A DNA stretch of 64,000 bases from an uncultured Acidobacteriota bacterium. Lineage in GTDB: Bacteria; Acidobacteriota; Terriglobia; UBA7540. The DNA is taken from the NCBI GenBank assembly GCA_963803295.1, contig CAWDMC010000017.1, positions 6,791-70,790 on the forward strand, given 5' to 3'. The translations under genes were made by a program, and so were the position numbers. The notes beneath the pieces are model-generated. The model was not told the origin of the DNA, ran no database searches, and saw only the letters and a list, made by a program, of their open reading frames with translations. Positions 40,167 to 47,989 of the stretch are shown piece by piece; the first letter of the stretch is position 1; each line of letters begins with the position of its first letter.

Positions 40167-40931
40167 ATGCCTACTGTCATTGCGGTTGCCAATCAAAAAG
40201 GCGGAGTGGGCAAGACCACGACAGCAGTAAACCTGGCAGCGGCCTTCGCGCTCAAGGGCCGGCGTACCCTCCTTATTGACCTTGACCCGCAGTCCAATAC
40301 CACGATGACGTTTTTTCCTCTGGAGGAGGTTGCCCATTCGATTTACGAGGTCCTGTCGGATAGCCACACACCTCTCGCTGCAATCATCAAACCGACCCGC
40401 TACGACAACTTCAGCGTGGCGCCGGCGCGCATCACCTTGGCTAAGTTGGAAGCCAGCCTGGTCGGCCAGTTTGACGCGCCCTTCCGCCTGAAGGATGCGA
40501 TTGCCACAGTTCAGCGTGAGTACGACATGATTCTGATCGACACGCCGCCTACCCTCGGCATCATGACGGTGAACGCGCTGGTGGCCGCAAAGTATCTGCT
40601 GGTGCCGATTCAGGCTGCCTACTACGCCATGGAGGGTACGGATGACCTCCTCGAAACGCTGGAACGGGTTCGGGCGAGACCCAATCCTGACTTGAAACTG
40701 CTCGGCGTGGTGATGACCCTGTTCGACAAGCGGACCAATCTGGCGCGCGATATCCACCGGCAGGTAACGGAAGTGTTTGGCGAGCGGTTGTTCAAGACGG
40801 TGATCGGCAAGAATGTGCGCCTGGAGGAAAGTCCCGCTTACAAAGAGACCATCTTTAGCTTCGCTCCGGGATCGCCAGGCGCCCAAGATTACGAAGGACT
40901 CGCGCGGGAGGTGCTGCAACGTGTCAGCTAG
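40167..40931 (+). CDS. parA: ParA/Soj chromosome-partitioning ATPase
   Basis: VIAVANQKGGVGKTTTAVNLAAAFA deviant Walker A and LLIDLDPQSN. Confidence 0.9.
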   Translation: MPTVIAVANQKGGVGKTTTAVNLAAAFALKGRRTLLIDLDPQSNTTMTFFPLEEVAHSIYEVLSDSHTPLAAIIKPTRYDNFSVAPARITLAKLEASLVGQFDAPFRLKDAIATVQREYDMILIDTPPTLGIMTVNALVAAKYLLVPIQAAYYAMEGTDDLLETLERVRARPNPDLKLLGVVMTLFDKRTNLARDIHRQVTEVFGERLFKTVIGKNVRLEESPAYKETIFSFAPGSPGAQDYEGLAREVLQRVS

Positions 40932-41748
40932 ACGGTCGGGTTTGCCCGTGGTGGTGAAAATGAGACACGACGCCCATTACGTCGAGGATATGATCTCGCG
41001 CACCGGCGCGGCGATCGGGAGGATGATCGGGATCGAGGACATCGAGCCGAACGCCGGGCAGCCGCGCAAGGACTTGGGCGACCTTACCGAACTGGTGGAA
41101 TCGGTGCGCGAAAAGGGTGTGCTTGAGCCCCTTTTGGTGCGGCACCAGCCCGTCAGCGGCCGCTACATGATCATTTCCGGCGAGCGTCGCTATCATGCGG
41201 CCCGCGCCGCCGGCCTGCGGGAGTTGCCCTGCATCGAGAAGGACATCGATGACGCCGAGACGCTCGAGATCGCACTCATCGAGAACCTCCAGCGCAAGGA
41301 CCTGACGCCTTTCGAAGCGGCCGAAGGAGTGCAGGCTTTGGGAGAACGTTTCGGCCTGACCCATGAGGACATCGCCCGCAAAATCGGTAAAGGCCGGTCG
41401 TCCGTTACCGAGCTACTGAGCCTGCGATCGATTCCAGAGGCTATCAAGGCGCTGTGCCTGGAGAAGGGCGTGCTCTCGAAGTCGCAGTTGTTGCAAGTGG
41501 CCCGCCAGGAATCGGAAGAGAAGATGCGCCACTTGGTGAACCGCTTCGCGCTGGGGACGGTGAATCGCGAACAGGCTCGCCAGGAACGCCAGCCCGACCG
41601 CAAGCCTCAGCCGGCCGTTTTCCGCTTTGTGCCGCCGGCCAGGGAGTTCAAGCTAGTGCTACAGTTCCGCAAGCACGCCGTCGAGCGCCAGGAGGTGATT
41701 CAGGCGCTGCGCCGGATCATCGAGACGCTGGAATCCGAGCCCAGCTAA
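40921..41748 (+). CDS. parB: ParB/Spo0J family partition protein
   Basis: GVLEPLLVR, ISGERRYHAARAAGL, IENLQRKDLTPFEAAEG, GRSSVTELLSL HTH. Start is uncertain (GTG 40921 overlapping the parA stop, or ATG 40963). Confidence 0.85.
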   Translation: MSARRSGLPVVVKMRHDAHYVEDMISRTGAAIGRMIGIEDIEPNAGQPRKDLGDLTELVESVREKGVLEPLLVRHQPVSGRYMIISGERRYHAARAAGLRELPCIEKDIDDAETLEIALIENLQRKDLTPFEAAEGVQALGERFGLTHEDIARKIGKGRSSVTELLSLRSIPEAIKALCLEKGVLSKSQLLQVARQESEEKMRHLVNRFALGTVNREQARQERQPDRKPQPAVFRFVPPAREFKLVLQFRKHAVERQEVIQALRRIIETLESEPS

Positions 41749-41848
41749 AGCCGCTCAGCGGCAGGCCACGGTTGTTGCTCTTTAAGCGTGGGCTTTTTTC
41801 ATTCCGCCTGGTCGAAACCCAACCGTTAATTCAAACTGCGAATTGACC

Positions 41849-42289
41849 ATGCGCTGCCCCGATTCCGTAGGCAAGCGTGCCATGGATCCTTCTTCCCAAA
41901 CAGATTTGCTGTTTGTCTACGGCACCCTTCGCCGCGAAGGAAGGTCGCACCGCCTGCTGAGGCAACTGGGCGCGCGATGGCGTGGACGCGGCACTGTGGC
42001 GGGCGAGTTGTTTGATTTCGGGGCCTACCCCGGCGCGCTGCCCCAAGCTTCCCCATCCTCTCGCATCGCCGGCGAACTCTACGAGTTCCCCTCTCCAGAC
42101 CGTGCGTTCGAGAGGCTCGACTCGTACGAAGGCAGCAAATTCCTGCGGCAGGTGACAGCCGTCACCCTTGAAGACGGGAGCGAGGTCCAGGCTTGGATCT
42201 ACTGGCTGGTTCGATTTCGGGACCGTGGCGGCGCATTGCTTCCGGCGATTATTTGCAGCATCTCGGGCGTAAAGAGGGCTGAGCCGTAG
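41849..42289 (+). CDS. gamma-glutamylcyclotransferase (AIG2/GGCT-like) family protein
   Basis: LLFVYGTLRREGRSHRLL...GELFDFGAYPGAL...GELYEF...LDSYEG. Start ambiguous (41849 or 41882). Confidence 0.75.
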   Translation: MRCPDSVGKRAMDPSSQTDLLFVYGTLRREGRSHRLLRQLGARWRGRGTVAGELFDFGAYPGALPQASPSSRIAGELYEFPSPDRAFERLDSYEGSKFLRQVTAVTLEDGSEVQAWIYWLVRFRDRGGALLPAIICSISGVKRAEP

Positions 42290-42378
42290 CCGTTTGCGCC
42301 GCCTGTTGACGGCAGGATTCCTGCTATCATATGTAGCTTGCGCCATTGAGTACGCGACGGTGTACGCAACCGGGGAGA

Positions 42379-43383
42379 ATGCTGCTGATGCCAGAGATGC
42401 TGGATGTAATCGTGGTCGGCGCCGGGCCTACAGGGCTAGCCTGTGGAATCGAAGCGGTGAAGAATGGCCTCACTCTGCTGATCCTCGAAAAAGGCTGCCT
42501 GGTGAATTCCATCTACAGCTATCCCGCCAACATGACCTTTTTCACCACGCGGGAGCGGCTGGAGATTGGTGAAATCCCCTTTTCCAGTGTCAACGTAAAA
42601 CCGGCGCGCGCCGAGGCTTTGGAATATTATCGCCGCGCCGCGGACTACTACCAGTTGCCCATACGCTATCAACAGCGGGTAGCCTCGATAAAGCCGTCGG
42701 AGTGTGGATTCCAGGTTGAAGCTCAGGACCAGGCCGGGCAGATCGTCCTCCACGCGGGCCGCAAGGTGATCGTGGCCACGGGCTACTATGACCTACCAAA
42801 TTATCTGGGGATTCCGGGCGAGGATCTCACCAAGGTTTCGCATTACGCTTTGGAGGGCCACGCCTATTACGGCCGCAAAGTTGCGGTGATCGGGGGCGCA
42901 AACTCAGCGGCGATCACCGCGCTTGACCTGTACCGCCACGGCGCTTTCGTGACCCTGGTGTATCGCGGACGCGAACTGAGCCGTCACATTAAATACTGGA
43001 TTCGGCCCGACATCGAGAACCGCATTAAGGAGGGTTCGATCAAGGTCTACTTCGAGGCCCAGGTGACTGAAATCGCCTGGGATTCCATCATGGTGCGGAC
43101 GGCAGCAGGCGGACAGGTGCGAGTCGAGAACGACTTTGTTTTCGCTCTTACCGGCTATCACCCTGACGTTGAACTCCTGCGAACGGCGGGAGTGGAGGTG
43201 AATCCGAAAAGTTACTGTCCGGCCTGCGATCCTGCTACCCTCGAAAGTAATATACCTGGATTCTACCTTGCCGGTGTCGTCATCGCCGGCCGCAATACTA
43301 ATGAAATCTTTATCGAGAACGGCCGTTTTCATGGCAAGCAGATCATCGCCGATATCAAACGAAGCCTTCGGGAAGAGAGCTAG
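42379..43383 (+). CDS. YpdA-family FAD/NAD(P)-binding disulfide-reductase-like protein
   Basis: DVIVVGAGPTGLACGIEA...LILEKGCLVNSIYSYPANMTFFTT, second Rossmann VAVIGGANSA, and C-terminal FIENGRFHG. Confidence 0.8.
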   Translation: MLLMPEMLDVIVVGAGPTGLACGIEAVKNGLTLLILEKGCLVNSIYSYPANMTFFTTRERLEIGEIPFSSVNVKPARAEALEYYRRAADYYQLPIRYQQRVASIKPSECGFQVEAQDQAGQIVLHAGRKVIVATGYYDLPNYLGIPGEDLTKVSHYALEGHAYYGRKVAVIGGANSAAITALDLYRHGAFVTLVYRGRELSRHIKYWIRPDIENRIKEGSIKVYFEAQVTEIAWDSIMVRTAAGGQVRVENDFVFALTGYHPDVELLRTAGVEVNPKSYCPACDPATLESNIPGFYLAGVVIAGRNTNEIFIENGRFHGKQIIADIKRSLREES

Positions 43384-43795
43384 AACAGGCGCAGATCAAC
43401 ACGAAGGAATCCGGCCCATGAAGCGTCGGCGACCCACCACCTCTGCACCCTGATGCTAATGTCCGTGATGCTGGCAGTTTCGGCCAAGAAGGCGCCCTCG
43501 CAGGACGAGACGGAGGCCATCCGGCAGCGCGCGCAATCCATTTCGGACCTTGAGTCGGACGGCGCCATGCCGTTCCGCCTGGAACCTACTGTAACGGCAG
43601 CAGTTGCCTCACTAGGCGCTCCTGAGGATGCAGAGGGAAAGCGGGAGTCCGAAGACACGCCGGCGCAATCTGGAGGCGACGTGGAGCAGGCCCTTTCTCT
43701 TGACACCAGATCCTCCTTCCCACTATCGTCATCTCTCGTCTCGTTGGTTTGGATGTTCGGCAGTCCAAGGTCTGGCAAAAGTCGCCGACCAGGAT

Positions 43796-44857
43796 ATGGC
43801 AGAAGACGGCGGCATGAGTGCAGGTGTGGGCACGGACAATCTTCAAGACAAGGGCCGGCGAAAGTGCACTTCTCCAGCTCGATGGCGGTCTTTGCTGGCA
43901 CTTACCTTCGTCCCCTGCTTATTCGCCTTCCTTTCTGCTTGCGGCAACCAGGATTACCAGAAGCCGCTCGATCAATTCCAGGAGGCTTCCGCCAAGGTCA
44001 TCCGGTGCACTCAGAATTTTCTGGACAACATGAACAGGATTGAGCAGGAAGCCGCCATTGCCCGGCTGATGTTCGACAAGCAACCAGTCGATTTGCCGGG
44101 CATCAATCGCATTCAGGTCATCACCCCTCACGAGATCGAGGTTCGCACCAAGGCCCTTGAGGCCCTCAGCTCGTACACCGCCAATCTTGCCGAACTTATT
44201 CAATCGAAGCATGGCGAAAATATTTCGGGTAAGACGCAGGAACTCGGACAAACACTCAGTGCGATGGCCACGGACTCACAGTCCCTCCCGCCTTCCGCCG
44301 CCGGAGTCGAGAACGCCCGGCTCGGCGCTGCCACTCTAGCCGCCGCGACCGCTGTATCTCTTGTGGCCCAAGCGTTAGTTGAGCGTAAGCAAAGGCACGC
44401 CGTGGAGCAGGCCATTCGCGAGAACGACGCGCCGATCAGCGATTTGACGAAGGTTATCGAGGATGATATGGAAGCCGCCTATGCGCGGCAGCAGGCCACC
44501 CTCAGCGAGATGGAAGTGGAGCTTGTGGCTGACTATAAGAGGGAATTAGCGAAAGAGAAGCAGGCCAAGACCGCCGGAGCGGATCCCGGCGGAGCGGATC
44601 CCGGCGGAGCGGATCCCGTATTGATCCTGTTGCTCTCAGAGCGCCTCAACCAAAACCGGGCCCGGCAAGCCACCCTCAAGGCCGCCGATCCCAAACCTGC
44701 CATCGCGGCCATGCGTAAGGCTCATTGCGATCTGGTTAAGTATGTCACCCAGAGAAACCCAGTGGATTTGGCGGAGCTGGCCGAGAGTGCTGAGGACTTC
44801 TGGAATCGCGCCCAGCCGCTGGCTGAGGCGGTTGCTGCTCTGGTGAATTCTAACTGA
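43796..44857 (+). CDS. hypothetical helical lipoprotein
   Basis: Positively charged n-region, h-region LLALTFVPCLFAFL and lipobox LSAC. The remainder is predicted alpha-helical and low-complexity, with a GADPG x3 repeat. No family recognised. Start at 43796 or 43814. Confidence 0.6.
   Translation: MAEDGGMSAGVGTDNLQDKGRRKCTSPARWRSLLALTFVPCLFAFLSACGNQDYQKPLDQFQEASAKVIRCTQNFLDNMNRIEQEAAIARLMFDKQPVDLPGINRIQVITPHEIEVRTKALEALSSYTANLAELIQSKHGENISGKTQELGQTLSAMATDSQSLPPSAAGVENARLGAATLAAATAVSLVAQALVERKQRHAVEQAIRENDAPISDLTKVIEDDMEAAYARQQATLSEMEVELVADYKRELAKEKQAKTAGADPGGADPGGADPVLILLLSERLNQNRARQATLKAADPKPAIAAMRKAHCDLVKYVTQRNPVDLAELAESAEDFWNRAQPLAEAVAALVNSN
44576..44618 (+). repeat. 15-nt tandem repeat (2.9 copies) inside the lipoprotein gene
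   Basis: ggagcggatcccggc ggagcggatcccggc ggagcggatcccg, encoding GADPGGADPGGADP. Confidence 0.9.
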
Positions 44858-44879
44858 AACGTCCACTCGAGGTGGTGCC

Positions 44880-45203
44880 GTGACCGTGACCGAGGTCATC
44901 AAGATAATTGGTGAGGTCCTTAAGGCAATCGACGGGGTGCTGAACGATCCCGGGCTCGACGCAAGTTCAACGGAGTGGCAGCAGCTCTGGAACCTCAGAA
45001 AACGGCTTGACGACCGGCAACGTGAGCTGGTGACCCTCGAGATCAAGCAGGACACTGAGAGATTCGCCGAGATCACCGCCAAGTTGTCGGCCGCCAACGA
45101 ACAGCTTGGGCAGACCATCCACCATATCGATCAAATTTCGGAGACCGTCAAGGCGGTTTCCACCATTGCCTCCATCGTGGAGACGTTGCTTGAGTTCGTC
45201 TAG
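44880..45203 (+). CDS. small all-helical hypothetical protein (107 aa)
   Basis: GTG start 7 nt after GAGGTGG and 22 nt after the lipoprotein stop. Coiled-coil-like sequence; no family recognised. Confidence 0.5.
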   Translation: MTVTEVIKIIGEVLKAIDGVLNDPGLDASSTEWQQLWNLRKRLDDRQRELVTLEIKQDTERFAEITAKLSAANEQLGQTIHHIDQISETVKAVSTIASIVETLLEFV

Positions 45204-45243
45204 CCCTGCCTGCCCCGGTCCGGCCCTTGTCAATTGCCACTCC

Positions 45244-45798
45244 TCAAATGGCGGGAAGTCTCTTACGTCGCAGCTTGGGCTTGTCGCCCGGCAAGTGGGT
45301 GAATCGCAGATCTTCGCCGCGCTTTAGCTTGGTCACATAGATGACCTGACCGGCGTGCAGGGCAAAGTGTTCGGCCACGTGGAATACGGCATAGACGCCC
45401 GTGACGTCGTATCCCTGGATGGCGTAGGGGCGCGCCAGGTCGCGCGGCGTCAGGCGATCCAGCACTGCCGCGGCCTCCTTTACTGTCAACCGTAGCTTCG
45501 CCGTCAACACTCGGCGCGGAACCGGACCCTGCTCGGAGAATTCCTGGTCGCGTTGCCGGCGGTCAGGCGCACCCCCCATTCCGGAAATGATCCACTGTCG
45601 CACGTTACCGCAGAGATGCAGCGCCAGATTCCCGACGCTGTTGGAGGTGGGATGCGGCCTCCACCAGATCTCTTGCTCCGAGAGCAGCTTTAGGCAACTC
45701 ACGATGCGTGGCAGGTAAACGTCGCGAAGACTGTGTTGAGCCTGGGCCAGGAAATCCTGCGCCAGGAAATCCTGTGAAAGAGTTTTGCGGACCGGCAT
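45244..45798 (-). CDS. DinB superfamily protein (DUF1572-like)
   Basis: EIWWRPHPTSNSVGNLALHLCGNVRQWI, HVAEHFALHAGQVIYVTK. The N-terminus contains the duplicated QDFLA QDFLA. Confidence 0.8.
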   Translation of the reverse strand: MPVRKTLSQDFLAQDFLAQAQHSLRDVYLPRIVSCLKLLSEQEIWWRPHPTSNSVGNLALHLCGNVRQWIISGMGGAPDRRQRDQEFSEQGPVPRRVLTAKLRLTVKEAAAVLDRLTPRDLARPYAIQGYDVTGVYAVFHVAEHFALHAGQVIYVTKLKRGEDLRFTHLPGDKPKLRRKRLPAI

Positions 45799-45849
45799 AA
45801 ATGTTCCTCTTTTGTTGTGGCGGCACTGTCTGCCGCCATCATTTGGTTA

Positions 45850-46860
45850 TCACCTGGGACTCTGAAGTGAGCGCCGTTGTGAACGGCGTAGCCTGCGATC
45901 CTGCCGCAGATCCTCACTCAGTTGGGTGCGCCAAGCGGCGTCTTCCCAATAGGTAAGCCACAGGTAAAATGTGGCGTAACTGCGCCAGCCTCGCCACTTT
46001 CGAGCCAGCTTCTCGATGGCCGCCGGCCCCGGACGTTTACGCATGCCGTAGAACATCTTGACCATGTTTTGCAGGCCCACGTCGGCCGCGGGCAGACAAT
46101 CGAGATGGCCCAGCGCGCGCAGGCCCACATACTGTGCGGTCCACGCGCCCACGCCTTTAAGGGCCAGAAGGTGCTCATAGGCAACGGCGGGATCGGCCGC
46201 GTGCAGAGCATCCAGATCCAGGGTGCGGTCAAGCACGGCCCGTGAGATCTCGATCATATACCGCGCCTTAGGACCCGAAATCTGGATCTGGCGCAGCTCG
46301 GCCGGCGTGGTGCGGGCCAGCACCGCTGGCTCGGGAAAGGCATTGTAGCGCTTGCCCCTGTACTCGATCTGACGGCCATAAGTCGCGATCAAGGCGTTCT
46401 TCACTTTGTGCGCGAAAGTCAGGTTGACTTGTTGCTCGAGGATCGCCGACATCAGAGTCTCGTAGATGCTGGCTGACTGCGGAATGCGCATGCCGTGAAA
46501 GTGCGCGATCAACCTGCCCAGCACCGGATCCGAACTGGCAATCCGCTTCAAAGGGGTAAGATCGAGTTCGGTGGAGAATTGCCGGGTCACCTGTGCGAGG
46601 ATTTCCCGGCGGGTCGACGCATCCGTTGGGCCCGCCAGAATCCGCACTTCGAGAGGGCCCTGCTTCGGCCTTCCTGTCGTGCTCTCGCGAACCGCGAACA
46701 GGATAAGCTCTCCCGCGATCTCTGCCACCCGGCGGTACTCGCCGTTCTCGAAGTAGTCCAGTAGCGGATCGAATGTGCGTCCGCCCAGGGCTGCAGGAGG
46801 GCTCAGGATGAACCGAAGCGTGTGAGCGAAATCGAAGGGCTGGCGAGGTTCAATAAACAT
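45850..46860 (-). CDS. DNA-3-methyladenine glycosylase 2 family protein (AlkA-like, HhH-GPD)
   Basis: AlkA N-domain, then SAILEQQVNLTFA, LLALKGVGAWTAQYVGLRALGHLDCLPAADVGLQ. A C-terminal ~35-aa tail beyond the FYLW block may not be conserved. Confidence 0.85.
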   Translation of the reverse strand: MFIEPRQPFDFAHTLRFILSPPAALGGRTFDPLLDYFENGEYRRVAEIAGELILFAVRESTTGRPKQGPLEVRILAGPTDASTRREILAQVTRQFSTELDLTPLKRIASSDPVLGRLIAHFHGMRIPQSASIYETLMSAILEQQVNLTFAHKVKNALIATYGRQIEYRGKRYNAFPEPAVLARTTPAELRQIQISGPKARYMIEISRAVLDRTLDLDALHAADPAVAYEHLLALKGVGAWTAQYVGLRALGHLDCLPAADVGLQNMVKMFYGMRKRPGPAAIEKLARKWRGWRSYATFYLWLTYWEDAAWRTQLSEDLRQDRRLRRSQRRSLQSPR

Positions 46861-46962
46861 GATGCCGCGCGGACCAGGATTCTACCGATCAATTTAAGCA
46901 TAAGATCGCCTGCCAAAAATAGGCGTTGGGTCTGCTTGCGAACCAACTCGCCGCAAATATCT

Positions 46963-46989
46963 TGAATATCCTATATCCTGAATATCCTG
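46963..46989. repeat. three tandem ATATCCT(G) units in a divergent promoter region
   Basis: tgAATATCCT-ATATCCTG-AATATCCTG, with ATATCCT at 46966, 46973 and 46982. TGAATATCCT occurs twice (46963 and 46979). Confidence 0.7.
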
Positions 46990-47182
46990 AGCGATCCTTG
47001 CTCCATCCCGAGAAGATATGTTAACTTTGTGATTTCGCAATGCGGAGTTGAGCCAGTCTGAGGGAGTACCGTCCAGGATGTGACGGCTGCGGGAAATTCC
47101 ACGAATTGTCTTGCTGAGAAGGACGAAGGGATCGGGTCCTATCAGTCACAGACCCGAGGCTACAGGATAACTGGCCTGTCGT

Positions 47183-47650
47183 ATGGCAAAGAAGCTTGCT
47201 GAACAACCCGCAGCGCCCAAGCCGCTAGGTTCCAACCCGGAGGAGCTGCCTAAGAAAGCCGCGCCCGCCGCTTCGGCCAAACCCGCTACCGGACGACTGG
47301 TATGGCTCTGCGTCTCGGGCTGGTTCGTTCCCGGACTCGGCCACTGGATGCTGGGCAAGAAGATCCGTGCCCTGATTCTCTTTACTGCTATCGTCACCAT
47401 GTTTCTTCTGGGATTGGCCATGAAGGGCGAGTTCTTTTCCACCGCGAGCGGTTCTTATCTGGAGACGCTTGGTTATTTCGGCGAGATGTGCGTGGGATTA
47501 GCCATGCCAATCGCGAGTTTCTTCGGCTACGCGGGGAATCCCTTCTTTGTCAGTGCGGATTACGGGACAGCCTTCCTGGTTTCAGCCGGAATGCTTAACG
47601 TGCTTTCCATTCTGGACGCGTACGACATTGCTGTGGGGCGGAAGAATTGA
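47183..47650 (+). CDS. membrane protein, unknown function (possibly DUF6677-like)
   Basis: Pro/Ala/Lys-rich N-terminus followed by 4 predicted TM helices (WLCVSGWFVPGLGHWMLGKK...). Confidence 0.6.
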   Translation: MAKKLAEQPAAPKPLGSNPEELPKKAAPAASAKPATGRLVWLCVSGWFVPGLGHWMLGKKIRALILFTAIVTMFLLGLAMKGEFFSTASGSYLETLGYFGEMCVGLAMPIASFFGYAGNPFFVSADYGTAFLVSAGMLNVLSILDAYDIAVGRKN

Positions 47651-47712
47651 GTCATTAGAGTTTCTAAGACGCGAAACTCTGATGCACTACCCGGTTTGGC
47701 CTCGTTGATCTT

Positions 47713-47889
47713 ATGGCTATTCCTCACTTTGCCGCGATGCTGCTGTTTGCCGCCCTGGTATCTGTGGTGTTTGCCGTGATCACCAAGGACACCACGCGCG
47801 CCCGCCTGCTTTACGGCGTCAAATCATTCGGCATGTTCATCGGCATCGCCCTGGCGCTTGGCTGGCTGATGTTCCTCCTGGCGCGCTGA
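47713..47889 (+). CDS. small two-TM membrane protein (58 aa), below the ORF-track cutoff
   Basis: My own translation: MAIPHFAAMLLFAALVSVVFAVITKDTTRARLLYGVKSFGMFIGIALALGWLMFLLAR. It lies 62 nt after the preceding membrane-protein gene on the same strand. Confidence 0.4.
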   Translation: MAIPHFAAMLLFAALVSVVFAVITKDTTRARLLYGVKSFGMFIGIALALGWLMFLLAR

Positions 47890-47989
47890 CCCAGGCCTCT
47901 GCTGGGAAGCCAGGGTACCATCATCCTGAACCCGCAACCGCCATTTTCGGAGTTTCGAGTTCGTCTTTTACTCCCTTGGAGAGCCACGA

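Noticed and set aside
40122-40919. 265-aa minus-strand ORF
   Set aside because: It is antisense to parA, whose Walker-A and family blocks are unambiguous.
40047-41842. Search for a parS site (TGTTNCACGTGAAACA-like) around parAB
   Set aside because: I found no 16-mer close to the consensus by eye in the flanking intergenic regions or in the parB 3' region. Absence is not proven without a computational scan.
43628-43795. Upstream extension of the lipoprotein ORF (start at 43628)
   Set aside because: It would place the signal peptide and lipobox about 100 residues into the protein. The extension also overlaps the gene stump in another frame. Starts at 43796 or 43814 fit lipoprotein architecture.
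44576-44618. Short tandem repeat considered as a possible CRISPR or minisatellite locus
   Set aside because: It is a contiguous 15-nt unit without spacers, lies in frame inside a coding region, and encodes GADPG repeats.
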